A stretch of 64,000 nucleotides of DNA from a virus, in the IMG/VR virus record IMGVR_UViG_3300019758_000009, positions 1-64,000 of that record. One strand, given 5' to 3'. Positions 57,823-64,000 of the stretch are shown piece by piece. Made by a program: the position numbers and the translations under genes. The notes beneath the pieces were generated by a model that did not search any database, had not been told where the DNA came from, and saw only the letters and a program-made list of their open reading frames with translations. Each line of letters starts with the position of its first letter. Positions within the stretch are counted from its first letter, which is position 1.

Positions 57823-60147
57823 ATGTATAGACCAGTGTCAATGGAATGCGATTACTTATTTTCATTCCAGAATTTAAAATATACATTCAATAATGGAGTA
57901 GCGGAGCTGGTGAATGGAGAAAACAGAGACAATAGCTCTCAAAAGTCCAACGGTTCAGGGAAATCTTCATTACTGGAGGTAATATCAATAGGCTTGACTG
58001 GCGCTCCTCTTCGGAAAGTAAAGCTGGAAGAGATCATCAACGACGATGCAGATGAAGGTGGTATGGTATTTGTGTTCGCTAACGATGTACTAAAAGAGCA
58101 GCTTGTCATCACCAGGAGATTTTTTAGAAAATCTGCTTCTACCGTATCAATGCAAATTTTCAGAGATAACGTAGCTGTAAAAGACCCATTACTGGAACAG
58201 TTATCTTCTGTAGACGAGTACAACAAAGCTATACTGGATCGAGTGGGTTTATCTAAGGTTGAAGTTTACAATAACTTCATATTATCTAGAACTAGGTTTA
58301 AAAACTTCCTAGATATGTCTGACAAGCTCAAGAAAGAAGCTATCAATAGATTTTCCAGAGGTAGCGCTGTTGACCAGGCTATAGCTGAATTATTGAAAGA
58401 TAAAAAATCCCCGCAGGCACAATTCGAAGTCGCGGAAAAGGTACTCGCTAAGCGTGTAGGACAACTTGAAATTATGGAAGCCCAGTTAGTTAAAGCCAAT
58501 GAAGAAAGTCGGGACAGAGCTTTAGCTATTGACGCTCAAATAGATGATGTAAAAACAAAAATAAAAAGCTCAAGAAAGTCTATTAGAGAGAACCTAAGCA
58601 CCATCAGTTCACTTGATGAGAGAGCTAATGAATTGGATTCGATTCTGGATGATATTGATGCCGTCATGGAAATAGAAGCCACGCCAGAAGATCACCTGAA
58701 CAAGCTTATTAAGCTTATTGAAGAGAAAAGCGTTGAATACACTCACTCTTTCAAAAAAGGTTTCGAAGACATAGCGGGAAGTGCAGATATTTACAACACC
58801 AGTATCGCAAAACATACCACCTCCATTGCCGAGTTAACAAAAAACTTGAACGATGCCACCAAATCTTTAAAAGATATCGAGTCAGACCCGGAAGCAAATG
58901 AGGATGAGCATATTAAAAAAACAGAAGGTATCGATAGTAAGGTTGAAAAGTTAAAGCTAACGGTCAAGAAGTTAAAATCTGATTTAAAAACAGCCAATGA
59001 AGATAGAGATACATTAGATCGTCAAATATCTACATTGTCCACAAAATTGGCAGGAACTATCGAGTGCCCTAAGTGTGGCCATAAATTTTTAGCTGCAGAA
59101 GAAGGTTTTGATGTACCTACAGCCAAGCTCGATATTGAAGCTTTGCGCAAAAAGTCCTCTAAATTTGATGAGTTGTCGATTAACGTTAACGAACAAATCA
59201 AGAAGTCAGAGAAAAACATCGGTTTAGCCGAGGATGAATTAGACGAGATAGAAGATAAGTTTGATAGCATTATTAAAAAAGCAGACGGTCTCGTTCTTGA
59301 AATGAAGAAGATAGATCTAGCTATTAAAGCTGAGAATGCAGCTATAACGGATAATTCACTTAAAATAAAGCAGATAGATTCGAAGATAGATGCCTATATC
59401 GACTCATGCTTCGCCTCTTATTCAGATACTGTCACCTCTATGCTGGATGGTATAGAAGATAATATATCTGAATTAGAGCATGGCAACAAAAGAATAGAAG
59501 GTACCATCGAAGCTTTAAATTTAAGGCTTGAAGATATCGAAAAGAACAAAAACCTGGATAACACGACCTCTATATCTGAAGAGATCACCAAATTAAAGGC
59601 AGCTAAACGAAAAGCTGAAAAGGATCTAGTGAAGCGGAAGATAGAGCTTGACAAGTACACTGCCCAGGAAAAAGTATTTATCGATTTTAAGACTGAACTG
59701 GCTAACTCTAAGATAGAAGCTCTTGGCGATATTACCAATGATTTCCTTGAAAGTATCGGAAGCGATTTACGTATCGAGCTTTCCGGATATTCAAAAACAG
59801 CCAAGGGGGATATTAAAGAAAAGATATCTGTAAAACTTCTTCGAGATGGCATTGACGCCGGTTCATTCGGAAAGTTTTCGGCAGGAGAACAGGCTAGGAT
59901 CAATCTAGCTACTATTTTAGCTATGTCAAAACTGATAAATATCAACTGTGATGAAGGCAAAGGCCTTGATCTGTTGGTATTGGATGAAATTCTTGATTCA
60001 GTCGATGAGAGTGGGTTAGCTAATATGCTGTCCACATTAAATTATCTTAAGACTACATCACTTGTTGTTTCGCATGGCTTAATAGCCGAAGGGTATGAGC
60101 ATAGACGTGTCGTGATTAAAGAAAATGGTTATTCAACTATAAATTAA
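57823..60147 (+). CDS. sbcC: SbcC/Rad50-like SMC ATPase
   Basis: SNGSGKS Walker A, coiled coils, CPKC zinc hook, FSAGE signature, LVLDE Walker B, VSH. Confidence 0.93.
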   Translation: MYRPVSMECDYLFSFQNLKYTFNNGVAELVNGENRDNSSQKSNGSGKSSLLEVISIGLTGAPLRKVKLEEIINDDADEGGMVFVFANDVLKEQLVITRRFFRKSASTVSMQIFRDNVAVKDPLLEQLSSVDEYNKAILDRVGLSKVEVYNNFILSRTRFKNFLDMSDKLKKEAINRFSRGSAVDQAIAELLKDKKSPQAQFEVAEKVLAKRVGQLEIMEAQLVKANEESRDRALAIDAQIDDVKTKIKSSRKSIRENLSTISSLDERANELDSILDDIDAVMEIEATPEDHLNKLIKLIEEKSVEYTHSFKKGFEDIAGSADIYNTSIAKHTTSIAELTKNLNDATKSLKDIESDPEANEDEHIKKTEGIDSKVEKLKLTVKKLKSDLKTANEDRDTLDRQISTLSTKLAGTIECPKCGHKFLAAEEGFDVPTAKLDIEALRKKSSKFDELSINVNEQIKKSEKNIGLAEDELDEIEDKFDSIIKKADGLVLEMKKIDLAIKAENAAITDNSLKIKQIDSKIDAYIDSCFASYSDTVTSMLDGIEDNISELEHGNKRIEGTIEALNLRLEDIEKNKNLDNTTSISEEITKLKAAKRKAEKDLVKRKIELDKYTAQEKVFIDFKTELANSKIEALGDITNDFLESIGSDLRIELSGYSKTAKGDIKEKISVKLLRDGIDAGSFGKFSAGEQARINLATILAMSKLININCDEGKGLDLLVLDEILDSVDESGLANMLSTLNYLKTTSLVVSHGLIAEGYEHRRVVIKENGYSTIN

Positions 60148-60151
60148 GCGT

Positions 60152-60643
60152 ATGGCAAAAAGAGTGAAAAAAATCCCAAAGGACCTCAAAAGAGAAGAGG
60201 TTCTTGGGCTGGATATCGCTGAACATTGCGGGTTCCATAGCATGTTAGATACCGGTACATGGGTATTAACTGAAAGTAAAAGTAGAAACGGGTTCAAGAA
60301 ACATAAGCACTTCAGGGACACATTAGTTAATTTCATAAAAGAAAATAACATAAGAATGATCGCTGCCGAGGATGTTAATGTCAAAACTCACTTCAGAGCA
60401 GTGGTAAGCTTATCAGAGCTAAGAGGCGTACTTCTTGAGGTATGTGATGAGATGGATCTCCCAGAACCTGAATTTATGAACGTAAGCTCCTTAAAGTTAT
60501 TCGCCACCGGAAACGGTCGAGCATCTAAGGAAGAGATGGTCCAGACATGCACTACGCGGTATAACTTCACCCCCGTAGATGACAACAATGCCGACGCATT
60601 TCATGTATTTAATTTCTTTTGTAGAAAATTTAATATCAAGTAA
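60152..60643 (+). CDS. ruvC: RuvC-like Holliday junction resolvase
   Basis: VLGLD, IAAED, LKLFATGNGRASKEEM, DDNNADA. Confidence 0.9.
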   Translation: MAKRVKKIPKDLKREEVLGLDIAEHCGFHSMLDTGTWVLTESKSRNGFKKHKHFRDTLVNFIKENNIRMIAAEDVNVKTHFRAVVSLSELRGVLLEVCDEMDLPEPEFMNVSSLKLFATGNGRASKEEMVQTCTTRYNFTPVDDNNADAFHVFNFFCRKFNIK

Positions 60644-60645
60644 GT

Positions 60646-60987
60646 ATGCCAGAAATAGAAGAACAAAAAGCAATAGAGACCACGAAACAGAGCCGTCAAA
60701 AGCTTTCAAGAAAAGACCGCAGAAAAACAGACGCTGTACAGGATAAATTCTTATCCATACTGGGAAGTTTTTATGGTACCATATCAAAAAAGGGGAAACA
60801 GCTTACAGATGACGAGTTAAGGTCTGAGTTTTCAAAGCATAACACAGCCTGGGTAAAGGTTTGCGTTAACAATAAGTTAGATAAAAAAGCGAAAGCATTA
60901 TTTGCATTGGAAATTCAACAGACATGGGAAAAGAAAAAAGCGAAGTCAGAAGCTGCTCAGAAGGAAACTGCAGAAGCACCTCAATAA
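60646..60987 (+). CDS. hypothetical protein
   Basis: 113-aa ORF in the operon. Confidence 0.65.
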   Translation: MPEIEEQKAIETTKQSRQKLSRKDRRKTDAVQDKFLSILGSFYGTISKKGKQLTDDELRSEFSKHNTAWVKVCVNNKLDKKAKALFALEIQQTWEKKKAKSEAAQKETAEAPQ

Positions 60988-61541
60988 CAGAAAAAGAAAG
61001 AAACGATTTATTCCTAAAGTACGTAATGCCTAATGAAGGGCTAATAAAGAAGATATGTCTAGAACTAACTAATAACCCAAGCAATGTTGACGATCACTTT
61101 CAAGAGTGCTTGGTTAATCTTTTTAGATATATCCACACTTATGATCCCGATAGAAAGCTGTTAACCTGGATATACATATGCACAAAGCGTCACGTTATCG
61201 AGCTCGAAAAGAAAGTAGCTCGGTACAAAGAGGACTTAATAGAACCCGCAAAGGTTCACAATAAGTTCACAATAATTGACGATGTCAGTAATGAGTTAAC
61301 TATGGAGAATTACACCAACGAGTTATCTGACGAGTGCATAGTGGCCCTTGACAGCATGCAGCCCATTTACAAGAATACATTCTTGATGAAATTGATGGGG
61401 TACAAACTGAAGGAAATAATGGATCATGAATACAAAAACGGCAATCTGAAGCACAGGAATATAGAAACTGTAAAAAGCAGATTATTCCTGGCCAGGAAAC
61501 ACCTTCAGAGGCATTTATCTGAATTCTATGACAAAGGATGA
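60924..61541 (+). CDS. ECF-like sigma70 factor (candidate late sigma)
   Basis: Region 2 DDHFQE..VNLFRYI.TYD..LLTWIY and region 4 GYKLKEI...ETVKSRLFLARK. Confidence 0.88.
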   Translation: MGKEKSEVRSCSEGNCRSTSITEKERNDLFLKYVMPNEGLIKKICLELTNNPSNVDDHFQECLVNLFRYIHTYDPDRKLLTWIYICTKRHVIELEKKVARYKEDLIEPAKVHNKFTIIDDVSNELTMENYTNELSDECIVALDSMQPIYKNTFLMKLMGYKLKEIMDHEYKNGNLKHRNIETVKSRLFLARKHLQRHLSEFYDKG

Positions 61542-62121
61542 GATTAAAAAGAAAACAGAGGAGGTTTTTACTTTCCTATACCGGAAGGGGGTTTCCCCTT
61601 CCTTTAGGTTCCCCAAGGGTTACGGTGCAAGCATAATAGATTCATTCGCTGATACTATACTTGAGAGAGAAAGAGGTATGGTTGGAGTTGGCATTATCGT
61701 CGATTACTGCATCCACCAGACCCACTTATGGAGGGATGCTGAAAGGTGGGATAGGTTTAATATTACATGGGCTTTTGGGCCGAAGGGTATTGATAGGTTT
61801 TACAACTCAAAAACAGGCACTAGATACTATCAGAACAGATGGTTAGATTACAACGATTGGGATCGAGACACTCTAAAATCTATGTTTACAGACATAAAGG
61901 ATCACCCATTAAAGAAGTTTGTATACATAGAGGCTGAGGATACGACTAAGGCTAGGTTTGTAAGCACAGAAGCTGGGTTAGGCCTATGCATTATACTGAC
62001 AACACTGTACACCCCCCACTCTCCGGTATGTGGAAAATGTAAAAACAAAGATCAGTGCGAAGCGATTTTAAAAAAGAGAGACCCTGAACTGCTTAGGGTA
62101 CGTAACACTACAGAAATATAG
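61528..62121 (+). CDS. hypothetical protein with C-terminal Cys cluster
   Basis: C...CGKC...C; lies between sigma and helicase. Confidence 0.65.
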   Translation: MTKDEIKKKTEEVFTFLYRKGVSPSFRFPKGYGASIIDSFADTILERERGMVGVGIIVDYCIHQTHLWRDAERWDRFNITWAFGPKGIDRFYNSKTGTRYYQNRWLDYNDWDRDTLKSMFTDIKDHPLKKFVYIEAEDTTKARFVSTEAGLGLCIILTTLYTPHSPVCGKCKNKDQCEAILKKRDPELLRVRNTTEI

Positions 62122-62124
62122 CGT

Positions 62125-63510
62125 ATGGCAAGAAAAGAAGAATATAGCCCCTTAACGGCGGCGTTTTTATATGAATTATTCAATATGGCATTTAAAAACA
62201 CATTAGTCGCCGGGATTGTGGCTACACACGTTAAAGAGCCATACTTACCATCAAAAGAATTTCAAGATATCCATAAAGCTATCGTGTCACACTTCAAAGC
62301 ATACAAAGAAAACCCTTCTTATGGCAAGATGATGCAGAAGTTTAAAGATGACGAGGATATTGTTGATTTAGTAGCTGAAATTAGAGACACCGATTACGAA
62401 GGGACTGTAGACAGCTTGATAGATGATCTTGAAAAGTATGTAATAGACGTCTCATCTTCCCAGCTTTATGAAAAGTTCGGTTCCCTGTATGACAAAGGAG
62501 CTAAAGATTTAGCTCAGCAAGAAATGATCGAGCATGCAGAGTTCCTTAAATCATTCACACTTAAAGCTGAGTCATTTACTGAGGTTCTTTCAACATTCGA
62601 AGAAAGGCATACTGAGAACAAAATAAAAGCCCAAGCAGAAAGGGTCGCCGGAATAAGGCCTGTTACTCGATTTTATATTGATGACCTGGATGTCCTTAAT
62701 AATGGGAAGAACCTAAGAACGCAAGTAGCCTGTATACTCGCTAGCTCAGGAGTAGGTAAGTCACACGCTGCTAGGCACATAGGTAAAGCAGCTGCTGTTG
62801 ATGGTCTTGATGTCCTACATCTACAGCTCGAAGGATCAAAAGACGAAGTTCTTGACGCGTACTCAGGCTCCTTGATCGAGGAAAATGCCAGCAGCTTTGA
62901 AAAGGCCCACATCACCAGCGGCCAAATGAAAGCCATCAAAGAACAACTTAAGGGGTATTCTGGAACAATCAGGGTCCGAGCTTTCCCAAGGTTTAACAAC
63001 CAGGTCAGCACAGTAGATGTTAGCAATGCTATTTCTGAGTACAGAAAATCAACTGGGAAGGTTCCAGATATACTTATTATTGACTCCATGGACCTATTGA
63101 CAGATGCATCTGGTAAGAACTGGAATGCTAGTGATGAACGCCATAAGCGCGTAGCAGTAGTTAACGACTTAAAAGATATCGCTGGCGATGAGAATTGCTT
63201 TATTGTAACAACCACACAGGCCAATATCAATGACAGGGAGTGGTTGAATGACCCTAAAAACGTTTTAACAGAATTTAACGCCGCCGAAGCTAAGGGTATT
63301 GTAAGACCTTTAACGTGGCTTATTTCATTAAATCAAACAGCGGATGAGAGCAGTGGAGATAGCATGAGACTTCATGTAGCTAAGTCAAGATTTACAAAAA
63401 AAGGAGGTACATTCAAGATAGCTACAGATTTTGATCGAGAAATATTCTATGACAAAGTCAGAACGATAGACATTCAGCGCAGAAACGAACTAGCTGATCG
63501 AGAAAGGTAA
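62125..63510 (+). CDS. dnaB: DnaB-like (SF4) replicative helicase
   Basis: ASSGVGKS Walker A, LQLE, ILIIDSMDL, TTTQAN, VAKSR. Confidence 0.88.
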   Translation: MARKEEYSPLTAAFLYELFNMAFKNTLVAGIVATHVKEPYLPSKEFQDIHKAIVSHFKAYKENPSYGKMMQKFKDDEDIVDLVAEIRDTDYEGTVDSLIDDLEKYVIDVSSSQLYEKFGSLYDKGAKDLAQQEMIEHAEFLKSFTLKAESFTEVLSTFEERHTENKIKAQAERVAGIRPVTRFYIDDLDVLNNGKNLRTQVACILASSGVGKSHAARHIGKAAAVDGLDVLHLQLEGSKDEVLDAYSGSLIEENASSFEKAHITSGQMKAIKEQLKGYSGTIRVRAFPRFNNQVSTVDVSNAISEYRKSTGKVPDILIIDSMDLLTDASGKNWNASDERHKRVAVVNDLKDIAGDENCFIVTTTQANINDREWLNDPKNVLTEFNAAEAKGIVRPLTWLISLNQTADESSGDSMRLHVAKSRFTKKGGTFKIATDFDREIFYDKVRTIDIQRRNELADRER

Positions 63511-63581
63511 AATTAATCCGGGGATCTACTTTGATTTCCGGATTTTTTGATTTATATTTGCATAAAATAAAAATGCAGCTT

Positions 63582-64000
63582 ATGAAGACATTAACAAAAG
63601 ACGAGGAAGCAGTATTAATTCAAGAGCTAATTGTTGAGTTAAAGGGCAAAATAGATGGAGGGCACAAGAACATTGTATCGGCATGCCCTTATTGCGGTAA
63701 ACCTGATAAGTTTGGCGTATTCATAGGTAAGGAGTATGCAAACAAAAAGAAATTTGCAGCCAACTGTTTTTCATGCGGTATGGGTGGTAGAGATTTAGCT
63801 AAATGGCTAAAAGATATAGACAGAGTAGACCTAATACCGGCAGCTACAACAGACATAGAAGCTCCTGTAACTCGCAAAAGTCTATTAACCAAAGAAGATG
63901 ATACCCTTGAAGTTGATGATGAGCTTTTTATAGCAGAACTTCCAGAGGGTTATAATCGGGTTTACAATTCTGATTACCTTGAAGAGAGAGGTTTTGAGGA
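63582..64000 (+). CDS. DNA primase, N-terminal zinc-binding region (runs off the window end)
   Basis: Manual translation MKTLTKDEE...ACPYCGKPDKF...NCFSCG...YLEERGF; follows the helicase. Confidence 0.75.
   Translation, partial: MKTLTKDEEAVLIQELIVELKGKIDGGHKNIVSACPYCGKPDKFGVFIGKEYANKKKFAANCFSCGMGGRDLAKWLKDIDRVDLIPAATTDIEAPVTRKSLLTKEDDTLEVDDELFIAELPEGYNRVYNSDYLEERGFE

Noticed and set aside
52662-63510. Inteins or self-splicing introns in nrdD, sbcC or the helicase
   Set aside because: Reading frames are uninterrupted, of ordinary length, and show no intein or homing-endonuclease motifs.
1-64000. Stop-codon reassignment as in some Bacteroidota phages
   Set aside because: Conserved genes are full length in the standard code; TAG, TGA and TAA all end genes; only one internal TGA case was found (4026).

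Overview
A 64-kb piece of a large contractile-tailed (myovirus-type) dsDNA phage of Bacteroidota, in the standard genetic code. Host assignment rests on many TTTG-N19/20-TAnnTTTG promoters, A-rich translation starts without Shine-Dalgarno sequences, and DUF4494-, DUF6046- and DUF2586-like genes. There are three blocks. (1) About 0.8-22.3 kb, minus strand: accessory and host-takeover genes (Lar-like, GNAT, MazG, DUF1353, two nucleotidyltransferases, HD hydrolase, RtcB, HAD phosphatase, tyrosine recombinase, NAD-dependent ligase, dUTPase, M15 endolysin, BRO-N) ending at a winged-helix Rep beside 22-bp iterons. (2) 22.8-51.4 kb, plus strand: virion module from portal to tail fibres; no terminase in the window. 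(3) 51.5-64 kb, plus strand: ThyX, NrdG/NrdD, SSB-like, SbcCD, RuvC, ECF-like sigma, DnaB-like helicase and a truncated primase. The main finding is an apparent RNA-level regulatory circuit. Eleven early/middle genes carry the identical start context AGCGT-ATG, and about ten more have one mismatch. A ~70-nt two-hairpin small RNA hidden in the head gene cluster (about 26095-26163) has its own late promoter (AACCA-N17-CTATTATAAA) and displays the exact antisense sequence UCCAUACGCUAUAC in a hairpin loop. Also seen: a likely programmed -1 frameshift fusing portal to the Mu gpF-like head protein, the tail-chaperone -1 frameshift, a bipartite late promoter, a nested scaffold gene, a plasmid-like origin, a tRNA-like RNA with no anticodon arm, and cassette-boundary-like inverted repeats in the accessory region. 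Protein family calls come from motif recognition by eye, not database searches.
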